Part shown: positions 16,086 to 23,924 of the stretch, piece by piece
How the letters are laid out: every line of letters begins with the position of its first letter
Numbering within the stretch: position 1 is the stretch's first letter
DNA from: a virus
Lineage: Duplodnaviria; Caudoviricetes
Reading direction: 5' to 3' (one strand)
Virus record (IMG/VR): IMGVR_UViG_3300027412_000004
Coordinates: 1-27,925 of that record
Length of the DNA: 27,925 nt
Position numbers and translations under genes: made by a program
The notes under the pieces: generated by a model
The model's database searches: none
Told to the model about the DNA's origin: nothing
What the model saw: only the letters and a program-made list of their open reading frames with translations

Positions 16086-16934
16086 ATGGCTGCGAAAACA
16101 ACCAACAATACTGACAAACGGCATCGGGTTACGCTCATGCCGGAAGCGTACGTGAATTTCCCGTCGCTGTACATGGCGATCTATGTGCAGGGTCCGGCGT
16201 GGGAAGAGGCACTGTTCGCCGAACTCTTTGTTCGTGCGGACTGTTACAAAGCCAACACCATCGAAGAGGCTGACCTTGTCATCTTCACGGGCGGTGAAGA
16301 CGTCAACCCGGCGTTGTATGGCGAAGATCCTCACCCGTCGACCGAGATTAACATCGACCGCGACACCGAGGATTGTATGGTCTACGCCAAGTGTCTGGAG
16401 CTGGGCATTCCGATGCTCGGCATCTGTCGCGGCGCACAGTTCCTCCACGTCATGAACGGCGGCAAGCTGTATCAGGATGTTGATGAACACAACGGCGATC
16501 ACAGCATGTGGGACGTTCGTCTCAAGCTGCTCGTCAACCGCGTTTCGTCGGTGCATCATCAGATGTGCATCGAGAACACCAAGGGCGGGATGAGCATCAT
16601 CGCCACCAACTCTAGGGCAAAGAACCGCTGGAAGAATGCGATTGATCGTATCGTTGGAACCCAAGCGGACATCGAAGCGTTCTTCTACCGGGACACGTGC
16701 TGCCTCGGCATTCAGGGCCATCCTGAGTATCGCGGGTATCACGAGTTCGCCAAGTGGACGATGGGCACCATCGAGGACGTAATCACCGGCAACCCCGACA
16801 TCGCGATCATCGACAAGATGTTCCGTGTCAAGCCCGAGGTCCGAGCTCTTCGGAAACTCCCACAATCTATCATCGAAGTACCGCTGGCGGCTGAACAGTT
16901 GCCCGCTATCAATGCCAAAGGAAGGAATGCTTAA
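16086..16934 (+). CDS. Class I glutamine amidotransferase / peptidase C26 (PuuD-like gamma-glutamyl hydrolase)
   Basis: 'FTGGEDVNPALYG', nucleophile 'GICRGAQ', 'SVHHQ' and 'GIQGHPE' give a Cys-His-Glu triad; start at 16086 inferred from coupling. Confidence 0.9.
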   Translation: MAAKTTNNTDKRHRVTLMPEAYVNFPSLYMAIYVQGPAWEEALFAELFVRADCYKANTIEEADLVIFTGGEDVNPALYGEDPHPSTEINIDRDTEDCMVYAKCLELGIPMLGICRGAQFLHVMNGGKLYQDVDEHNGDHSMWDVRLKLLVNRVSSVHHQMCIENTKGGMSIIATNSRAKNRWKNAIDRIVGTQADIEAFFYRDTCCLGIQGHPEYRGYHEFAKWTMGTIEDVITGNPDIAIIDKMFRVKPEVRALRKLPQSIIEVPLAAEQLPAINAKGRNA

Positions 16935-18085
16935 TGTGTGGACTGGTAGGAATGGCCGGCGATCTAAAGTATCGCGACGAAGCCACCATGCGGAAGCTGT
17001 TGCTTCTGGACTATCTCCGTGGCACTGACTCCACGGGGCTTGCAGCCATTGGGCGTGATTACACGACTACTATTTCTAAGGTCGCCAGTCACCCTATTGA
17101 TCTTTTTGACTCTGTCAAATTCCGGTCGGCCCTTACGGGCGCGACGAGCCATGCGTTTATTGGCCATAACCGTGCTGCGACGCGTGGGGCTGTGAATGCG
17201 GCTAACGCGCATCCGTACGAGTACAAGCACATCGTCGGCGCCCACAACGGCACCCTCGACTCTGCTTCGTGGCAGCGGCTGGAAGGTGCGGTAGGCGAGA
17301 AGTTCGGCACGGACTCGAATGCCATCTTCGCGGCTATTGCCGACCTCGGCATCGAGGAAACGCTCAAGCTGATGGAGGAGGGTGCCAACTCTTCAACTGG
17401 TGCTTGGGCGCTGGTGTGGTACGATGGCAAGGCGCATACGCTCAACTTCCTCAAGAACAAGCATCGCCCGCTGTACATCGGCAACAGCAAGGATGGTGAC
17501 TTGATCATGTGGGCGTCGGAATGGGAAATGATCGACTACGCCACCCGAGTAGCCACTCCGAAGTACGAGTACTACACGGACAAGGACGACGCCTGCTTCT
17601 TCCCGTTGCCGGATAACGAGCTCCACAGCTACGATCTGGAAAAGCTCGCCGCCTCAACTGACGGCCCGTTCGTACCCGAAATCTTCAAGAACATGAAGGG
17701 GAGGGCTCCGATGATTGAAGTGAAGGGCGACCCTTTTGGGAGGGACGTCGACGGGTGGGATCGGGAGTGGAATGGCACAATGGGATTCCACAATACCGGT
17801 GGGACGAATTCTACGACGACGAGCTCCCGTGGAACTAACCGTGTCCATATGGACTGCCTGAACATCGACGGCAGCCCGGACAGCCCCTACGCAGGGTTCG
17901 TATCTAAGCCGGACTTCGACACCTACTCTCGCGGTGGGTGTTCGTGGTGCAAGCAGCCGATCAAGTACGAGGACACGGGAACCACGGTCTTCGAGAAGGA
18001 GTCGCACATTCTATGCCCGGACTGTTCGGTGTCGGATGCAACCCGCATCTATATCACGTCTAAAGTCTTCAATTCGCTTTATTAA
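16934..18085 (+). CDS. Class II (Ntn) glutamine amidotransferase with C-terminal Zn finger
   Basis: N-terminal MCGLVG, 'RGTDSTG', 'GHNRAAT', 'NAHP', 'AHNGTL', 'TDS'; C-terminal CSWC...CPDC. Confidence 0.92.
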   Translation: MCGLVGMAGDLKYRDEATMRKLLLLDYLRGTDSTGLAAIGRDYTTTISKVASHPIDLFDSVKFRSALTGATSHAFIGHNRAATRGAVNAANAHPYEYKHIVGAHNGTLDSASWQRLEGAVGEKFGTDSNAIFAAIADLGIEETLKLMEEGANSSTGAWALVWYDGKAHTLNFLKNKHRPLYIGNSKDGDLIMWASEWEMIDYATRVATPKYEYYTDKDDACFFPLPDNELHSYDLEKLAASTDGPFVPEIFKNMKGRAPMIEVKGDPFGRDVDGWDREWNGTMGFHNTGGTNSTTTSSRGTNRVHMDCLNIDGSPDSPYAGFVSKPDFDTYSRGGCSWCKQPIKYEDTGTTVFEKESHILCPDCSVSDATRIYITSKVFNSLY

Positions 18086-18102
18086 TCGAGGAGTAGTAAG
18101 TT

Positions 18103-18957
18103 ATGGTTATGATCAAAACAAGCAGCGCCGCCCGCATCGCTAAGAAGGGTTTCACCTTCGGCTGCGATCCGGAGCTTTTTGTGTTCCGTAACGGCAATCT
18201 GGTTTCGGCGCACGATCTTTTGCCGGGCACTAAGGAAGAGCCCTTCAAGGTCAAGGGCGGTGCTGTCCAAGTGGATGGTACTGCGGCTGAGTTCAACACC
18301 GATCCGGCGTCGTCGTTCGAGGAATTCAACGACAACATCGCGACTGTGCTGGATGAACTTCGCAAGCTTCTTCCGAATGACGCCGAACTGCGGGCCGTGT
18401 CGGCTGTACGCTACGACGAGGCTGTGTTCAAGGCGTTGCCGCCGAAGGCTGTCGAGCTCGGCTGTATGCCGGACTTCGATGCATGGACTGGCCGCGTCAA
18501 TCCCCCGCCGCATCTGGTGAACGACCCGTACCTTCGTACGGCGTCGGGGCACCTGCACATCGGCTGGACGGACAAGGCAGACATGAGCTCGTTGCAGCAC
18601 ATCCTCGCCTGTCAGGACCTCGTCAAGCAGCTCGACTGGTATCTCGGTGCGTGGTCGGTGCAGATGGACAAGGACAACACCCGCCGCTCGCTGTATGGTA
18701 AGGCTGGCGCCTGTCGCTACAAGCCCCACGGCGTCGAGTACCGTGTGCTCAGTAACTTCTGGGTGATGGACGAAGCCAACCGTCTGCAGGTCTGGAACCG
18801 CATGATGAACGGCATCGACAAGATGCGTTCGAACTTCCTGCCGACCAAGATCGACAAGTCCTTCTCGGACAAGCTCGTCGCTTCGATCAACAGTGGCCAG
18901 CTCGACTCGTCGATTGTGTCGGGCATCCTTGCGCCCCTCGGCCTGCTGGCAGCGTAA
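18103..18957 (+). CDS. phiEco32-like COOH-NH2 ligase type 2
   Basis: 'FGCDPELF', 'QVDGTAAEFN', 'GCMPDFDAW', 'RTASGHLHIG', 'RRSLYGKAG' and 'GVEYRVLSNFW' motifs. Confidence 0.92.
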   Translation: MVMIKTSSAARIAKKGFTFGCDPELFVFRNGNLVSAHDLLPGTKEEPFKVKGGAVQVDGTAAEFNTDPASSFEEFNDNIATVLDELRKLLPNDAELRAVSAVRYDEAVFKALPPKAVELGCMPDFDAWTGRVNPPPHLVNDPYLRTASGHLHIGWTDKADMSSLQHILACQDLVKQLDWYLGAWSVQMDKDNTRRSLYGKAGACRYKPHGVEYRVLSNFWVMDEANRLQVWNRMMNGIDKMRSNFLPTKIDKSFSDKLVASINSGQLDSSIVSGILAPLGLLAA

Positions 18958-18975
18958 CCAAGGAGAACTTCTAGC

Positions 18976-19749
18976 ATGGAATACCCCAACTTTTACGAGA
19001 ACTTGGATGAGGCGCTGCGGCGGCTTCACAGCACGTTCGTCGTATATGACGGTGAGCCATACTATATTCAGGCCATAACCAACCACCGTGACGATGGCAT
19101 CTTCCGCGTCTATATGACACCCAGCGCTAACGGCAATTACATTCCCATCATGGACAACTACAATCGAGCAGATGCGGCTTTGGGTCTTGCGCTCGACAAG
19201 TGGATGGACGAGGGAGGTCCGGCGAACGAAGGTGTCACGTTGGTGCGCAAGCGCATTAACTCGCCTAAATTCAATAAGTTCCGGCCTTTCAAGATGGGTA
19301 TGTGCAACTTCGGCGGTCGCGTCTACTATCTGGAACGCATCCCTAATCGCAAGATGGAACAGGGCATGATTTCCAGCATGGTCGTCGAGACGGCAGTAAC
19401 GGCCAGCCCCCGCAATGTGCCTAACAGCGGCTACAGCGGGCCCCGTAACGTCGATCTGTGGTCCCAGTGGTTCCGCAACTGCGTGAAGGGAGAGTATCCG
19501 GACATTGACTTGTGTCTGGAGTCGCTGCTTGACCGCGATGTTACGAATGAGGCGGCGGCATTTAGCCGTGAGTTCGCCCTTGTTCGTGGTCCTCTCGGCA
19601 CCCTGTTCTTGGCCTACAAACAAGACATCATCGGTACGTTACCCGCCGCTGATCTTGGCAACGTGGTGCTTGGACGGGACTGGAGCTGGACTAAGGAAGC
19701 CGTCGAAGACCTCGGCGTCTTTGGCAATGTGACCGCTGTAACTAACTGA
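18976..19749 (+). CDS. Hypothetical protein inside the ligase cluster (257 aa)
   Basis: RBS AAGGAG; long coding frame between the two ligases; no motif recognised. Confidence 0.8.
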   Translation: MEYPNFYENLDEALRRLHSTFVVYDGEPYYIQAITNHRDDGIFRVYMTPSANGNYIPIMDNYNRADAALGLALDKWMDEGGPANEGVTLVRKRINSPKFNKFRPFKMGMCNFGGRVYYLERIPNRKMEQGMISSMVVETAVTASPRNVPNSGYSGPRNVDLWSQWFRNCVKGEYPDIDLCLESLLDRDVTNEAAAFSREFALVRGPLGTLFLAYKQDIIGTLPAADLGNVVLGRDWSWTKEAVEDLGVFGNVTAVTN

Positions 19750-19768
19750 CAACAACTGGAGAATTACT

Positions 19769-20950
19769 GTGAGCAATACTGAGATTTTCCGCCGAGAGGC
19801 CGCCAGCCACAAGGGCATCCCCATTGGGTTGATCCTTCGGCACAAAGAGGTCAAGGGTGACATCGGCATCGAAATCGAAATGGAGGGCAAGCGGCTGCTC
19901 CATGCAGAGGACGAGGGCAACATCGTCGTCAAGGGCTGGCGGTATCACGTCGACCATTCGCTTCGCGGCGAGGAGAACGCCGAGTACGTGATGGACGGCC
20001 CTGTGCCGTTCAACAGGGTCGAGGGTGAGCTGCAGCGTCTGTGGGGCGCGCTTGAGGACAACGGCGCCATCATCGACGAGTCCAACCGGACCAGCGTCCA
20101 CGTCCACATGAACTGCCAGAAGATGTTCCTAAATGAGTTCACGTCCTTCGCGGCCACGTACTTCGCCCTTGAGGAAATCCTCACGGAATGGTGCGGCGAC
20201 CACCGTGTCGGCAATCTGTTCTGTCTACGGGCCAAGGACGCACCGGGCATCATCACGGCTATCGAGTCGTTCATCGTCGACAACGGTGACATGCGCTTCT
20301 CGGAGGCATTGCACTACGCGGCGTTCAATCCGCAGGCGCTGAACAAGTTCGGCTCGATTGAAATTCGTACCATGAGGGGCACCCCCGACTACGCCACGGT
20401 TCTGGCTTGGTCGCAAATCCTGCAGCGCATCTACGAATTCGCCCGTAGCTTCAAGGACCCGCGCGACGTCTGCCAGATGTTCTCGGCGGGCGGACCCATC
20501 ACGTTCTTCGAGACGGTTCTCGGGGACAAGGCGGACTTCCTTCGCAAGGAGCTGGGGCTGGGCGATACGTTCATCCGTAACTCGATCTACGAGGGCATTC
20601 GTCTGGCACAGCGACTGTGCTACTGTCGGGACTGGTCCAAGTTCGAGCAGATTGAGCTGGAGCCCGATCCCTTTGGTCGTTCGCCCGCCTCGATCCTCGG
20701 CTCTCTTAACGGCCCCGGCGCTGCGGCCCCCACGCCGTCAATTAGTTATGACTTTGAAGAATTCGAGCCCGAGTATGATGAAGCAGAACCCGACCTTCCG
20801 CCGTCCATGCCGACCATGCCCGCGCCCCAGTCCGGGATGCAGATTTCGCTGATGCAGACTATACAACAGGCGCAACTCGAATACAACACCGTGTTTAACA
20901 GTAGCCTTAACGATCTTAACGATCCCTTCTTTTTTAATATCGAGGAGTAA
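19769..20950 (+). CDS. Putative amidoligase (glutamine synthetase-like fold, Amidoligase_2 family)
   Basis: 'GIEIEMEG', 'DHSLRG', 'EYV', 'RTSVHVHMN' and 'GSIEIR' motifs; Pro/acidic C-terminal tail. Confidence 0.88.
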   Translation: MSNTEIFRREAASHKGIPIGLILRHKEVKGDIGIEIEMEGKRLLHAEDEGNIVVKGWRYHVDHSLRGEENAEYVMDGPVPFNRVEGELQRLWGALEDNGAIIDESNRTSVHVHMNCQKMFLNEFTSFAATYFALEEILTEWCGDHRVGNLFCLRAKDAPGIITAIESFIVDNGDMRFSEALHYAAFNPQALNKFGSIEIRTMRGTPDYATVLAWSQILQRIYEFARSFKDPRDVCQMFSAGGPITFFETVLGDKADFLRKELGLGDTFIRNSIYEGIRLAQRLCYCRDWSKFEQIELEPDPFGRSPASILGSLNGPGAAAPTPSISYDFEEFEPEYDEAEPDLPPSMPTMPAPQSGMQISLMQTIQQAQLEYNTVFNSSLNDLNDPFFFNIEE

Positions 20951-20955
20951 TTACA

Positions 20956-21903
20956 ATGACTTTCATGATTTTCCCCTATACCCAAGGTTCCGCTGGTGCC
21001 AAAGCCATTGCCGAAGAACTCGGCGGCAAGCGCATCCTTCGCCAGAATAGCACCTATACGCCCAAGGACTCCGACGTCATCATCAACTGGGGGGCGAGTG
21101 ACTGCCCGTTCCCGCAGGCCTTGAACTATGGCACCAAGGACGTCACGAACAAGATCAAGTTCTTCGAGCGCCTCAAGGGAAAGGACTTGACACCCCGCTT
21201 CACCACGTCAAGGGCAGCAGCTGAGTTTATGAAGTTCCCGGTCTTCTGCCGCACCACGGTCGAGGGCAAGGACGGCGAGGGTATCGTCGTGGCGCAGAAC
21301 ATCAATGAACTGGTGGACGCCAAGCTTTATGTGGAAGGCGTCGCAAAGAACAAGGAGTACCGGGTCCACATGGGGCGTTGGCCGGACGGCTCAGTCCGTG
21401 TCATCGGCGTACAACAGAAGTTCGTGCCGAACATGGCCGCCCTCGAAAACCCCAGCGTGTGGGCAGGAGAGGGCACCAACTTCGTTTGGACCGTCAATGG
21501 CAATGATGTCGTGCTTCCGACCGAGGCCAGCCAAGTGGCTCGCGCCGCCTTCAATGAGTTCCCGGAAATGACTTTCGGGGCCTTTGACATCGTAGTAGAG
21601 GGTGATTGGAACTGGAAGGCCTACGTCCTTGAGATGAACTCGGCGCCGACCATCACGCCCAAGACTGCGGAGATTTACGGAGCCTTCTTCCGCCTGTTCG
21701 AGAAGAAGGAGGAGGTCGTTCCAGTAGTGACGGTCCAGCCCGCGTGGCAGGCCGGCAGCGTTCCGTTCACTCCCGCTGCCCCGACTGTAGTGGAAGACCC
21801 GCACGGAGTTAAATCTATCATCAGTGTCAAAGGCTCGTCGGATCAGATCGCCAAGGTCAAGGCGTTTCTGGCTGAATTCGCACCCAGTTTGAGTGTCTGG
21901 TAA
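20956..21903 (+). CDS. ATP-grasp ligase (phiEco32/LUZ24-type)
   Basis: 'IINWG', 'FPVFCR', 'GEGIVV', 'EYRVH', 'FGAFDIV' and 'VLEMNSAP' motifs. Confidence 0.88.
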   Translation: MTFMIFPYTQGSAGAKAIAEELGGKRILRQNSTYTPKDSDVIINWGASDCPFPQALNYGTKDVTNKIKFFERLKGKDLTPRFTTSRAAAEFMKFPVFCRTTVEGKDGEGIVVAQNINELVDAKLYVEGVAKNKEYRVHMGRWPDGSVRVIGVQQKFVPNMAALENPSVWAGEGTNFVWTVNGNDVVLPTEASQVARAAFNEFPEMTFGAFDIVVEGDWNWKAYVLEMNSAPTITPKTAEIYGAFFRLFEKKEEVVPVVTVQPAWQAGSVPFTPAAPTVVEDPHGVKSIISVKGSSDQIAKVKAFLAEFAPSLSVW

Positions 21904-22262
21904 TGGCCATGGTCCGGGACATCATCAGCTACAAAAACAGGAAGCTAGTTGAAGACTTTCTAAAGTTCAAAGGAAGTCAAACCATTGGCCCCTTTACCGC
22001 CAAGCGAATTGCAGGAGTCTACGGGGCAGGTTACATCGAGATTTACGCTGATAAATTCCGTATCGTATATGAGGACGTTGTTTATTCCAAGGACCCTGAT
22101 GTCCACGAGGCCATGAAAGAAGTGGCGGAGACGTTGGAGTCTATGGCTGAACGCGACAGTGCCGACGAAGTGCGAGCCAAACAAGCCGCAAGAGAGCAAC
22201 TGGCTAAAGAGCGGGACTCTACATTTAGCAAAGCCCTCAAAATCTGGAACAGGAGTAAGTGA
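21903..22262 (+). CDS. Hypothetical protein (119 aa)
   Basis: TAATG coupling; helical C-terminus. Confidence 0.65.
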   Translation: MAMVRDIISYKNRKLVEDFLKFKGSQTIGPFTAKRIAGVYGAGYIEIYADKFRIVYEDVVYSKDPDVHEAMKEVAETLESMAERDSADEVRAKQAAREQLAKERDSTFSKALKIWNRSK

Positions 22263-22263
22263 A

Positions 22264-22461
22264 ATGAGCTACAAGACCAACTATCGCGTTAACTACCGCC
22301 AGCTTCTGCCGATCACCATCGGGCCCAAGGCCCACAAGGTGTATCTGCAGGGCTCTTTCGTCAGCGCCACGGCACCCACGACCAAGTTCATCCGACTCAA
22401 GAGCGGGGAGCGGGTCGAGGTCATGCAGATCATCGGGACTCAGGCAGAGGTCGGCGAATAA
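22264..22461 (+). CDS. Small hypothetical protein
   Basis: RBS AGGAG then ATG at 22264. Confidence 0.6.
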   Translation: MSYKTNYRVNYRQLLPITIGPKAHKVYLQGSFVSATAPTTKFIRLKSGERVEVMQIIGTQAEVGE

Positions 22462-22683
22462 ATGCGCTGTTACATTTGCGACCGAGTAATCGACGAACCT
22501 CAGTTCAACGCTGAGTATGACGCCTATGAGCCGTGTGAGACGTGCCTCTTGGCCATCCAAGAGCTTGTCAACGGATACGACGAAGACATCTACACCGAGC
22601 TGGACGACGACGCGGCGTACATTCCGCTGACGTTGCACGAAAGCTGGCCCCAAAACAAACACTATCTCGACGAGGAGTATTGA
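22462..22683 (+). CDS. Small acidic Zn-finger protein
   Basis: CYIC...CETC, very acidic; RBS GAGG. Confidence 0.7.
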   Translation: MRCYICDRVIDEPQFNAEYDAYEPCETCLLAIQELVNGYDEDIYTELDDDAAYIPLTLHESWPQNKHYLDEEY

Positions 22684-22687
22684 TACT

Positions 22688-22762
22688 ATGGAATTTATTA
22701 CGCTTGCAATCATTATCGTGCCATTCGTGGCTGTTCTCGCCTTTGCTGAGGAGTTTTCCTAA
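22688..22762 (+). CDS. 24-aa single-helix membrane peptide
   Basis: RBS GAGGAG; MEFITLAIIIVPFVAVLAFAEEFS; TAATG coupling to the next gene. Confidence 0.5.
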   Translation: MEFITLAIIIVPFVAVLAFAEEFS

Positions 22763-22953
22763 TGTTTACCGCCAAGCAACTACGCCGTATCGAACACCGT
22801 GCCCGCATGGCCGAGCGCCGGGAGTGGCAACGGAGCGCCGCAGGGGTGCGCCCAGTGCGTATCCTCGCCAATGTGGGGCGTAACCACCCGGATTACGGAA
22901 TGACGCCACAGCAGCACTTTCTGGCCAAACAGGAGCGTGTCAAGAGTGCTTGA
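22762..22953 (+). CDS. Small basic hypothetical protein
   Basis: RBS GAGGAG; 63 aa. Confidence 0.6.
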   Translation: MFTAKQLRRIEHRARMAERREWQRSAAGVRPVRILANVGRNHPDYGMTPQQHFLAKQERVKSA

Positions 22954-22990
22954 CATAGCCCGCCGCAACAAAGCATTGGAGAGATACGCC

Positions 22991-23206
22991 ATGAGTAAGA
23001 ATGAAACAGCCGTGACCTTCGGGGGCAGCCTTCGCGAGGAGATTACCCTCGGGGCCCTTGAAGCCCTCAAGGAAGAGCTCAAGAAAGAGCTCAAGGAGTC
23101 CATTCCCAAGAGCAATAAGGAGGCCATTCTCGGTCGTATCCGGACGCTTGAGGCCAAGCTCGGTAGCGAGAGCAAGCCGTACAACTCAGAAGGGTTCGGG
23201 GGATGA
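22991..23206 (+). CDS. Small coiled-coil hypothetical protein
   Basis: RBS GGAG then ATG at 22991 (track start 22937). Confidence 0.6.
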   Translation: MSKNETAVTFGGSLREEITLGALEALKEELKKELKESIPKSNKEAILGRIRTLEAKLGSESKPYNSEGFGG

Positions 23207-23370
23207 GCTGCTGTGATCCGTATGGGGCATTCCCAGAAGATACGGCGGGCAAATGCAAGGAATGTGAGTGCGAGATTGACAAGGACGGTTATTGCACCGA
23301 AGAGGGTTGCGCCTATTCGCCGGTTGCTTGTAAATCGTGCGGGTGGCAGCCTTGCGATCAATCTTGCTAA
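23203..23370 (+). CDS. Cys-rich microprotein (55 aa, 11 Cys)
   Basis: MSCCDPYGAFPEDTAGKCKECECEIDKDGYCTEEGCAYSPVACKSCGWQPCDQSC; ATGA overlap with the upstream gene; below the ORF-track cutoff. Confidence 0.7.
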   Translation: MSCCDPYGAFPEDTAGKCKECECEIDKDGYCTEEGCAYSPVACKSCGWQPCDQSC

Positions 23371-23382
23371 GTACGATTTTGC

Positions 23383-23411
23383 TTGACAGTCCCCCCGGAA
23401 CCTGTTATAAT
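23383..23411 (+). promoter_or_regulatory. Perfect-consensus sigma70 promoter for the replication genes
   Basis: TTGACA(23383-23388)-N17-TATAAT(23406-23411) with an extended -10 TG. Confidence 0.85.
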
Positions 23412-23519
23412 ACTAATATAGGGCCCAGCGACGGGCTCTGTGGGACACAGCCTCGGTAAAGAGGTTGCAGCCCTCCGAAAGGGGGGTTTGGGGGGATGTC
23501 CCCTTTAAGGAGATATTAT

Positions 23520-23867
23520 ATGGATAAGTATGTAGGTAACTTTAGTAGCTGGGACGATGTTTGCGAAGAGTTCGGCCCCAATTATCACACCAAGCTCGAG
23601 TATCCCGAGCCCGCCGACCTGATTATCGCTGAGTACAGCTTTGAAGGTTACGAGGGTGACGCCAACGTTCTATGGCGAAATGAGGACGGCACGTTCGGCT
23701 ACGTCAAGGGCAGCCACTGTAGCTGCTACGGCCTTGAGAACCAGTGGTCTGTCGAAGAGCTCACCAAGGAAATGATTGAGCACATTATCGAGTCCAATGA
23801 AAAATGGGACTGGTCATTCTGGAACAAGTACGCAGATGTCGTCAAGGAGGCGATCAACAAAGAGTGA
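23520..23867 (+). CDS. Phage hypothetical protein ('GSHCSCYG' motif)
   Basis: RBS TAAGGAG then ATG at 23520; 'YEGDA' and 'HCSCYGLE' motifs of a kind I recall from other phage hypotheticals. Confidence 0.75.
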   Translation: MDKYVGNFSSWDDVCEEFGPNYHTKLEYPEPADLIIAEYSFEGYEGDANVLWRNEDGTFGYVKGSHCSCYGLENQWSVEELTKEMIEHIIESNEKWDWSFWNKYADVVKEAINKE

Positions 23868-23924
23868 CCCCCGGCCAGATAATACTCACCCTATTAGGAG
23901 CACTCGTCCTTATGGCATTGCCTG

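Noticed and set aside
14212-16088. Recurrent TAACATG at gene junctions
   Set aside because: Ordinary stop-start translational coupling, not a separate element.
18082-19623. 513-aa minus-strand ORF (also 15894-16865 and 5577-6644)
   Set aside because: Antisense shadows of well-supported genes.
22950-22980. TTGACA hexamers at 22950 and 12592
   Set aside because: No -10 element at 16-18 bp spacing.
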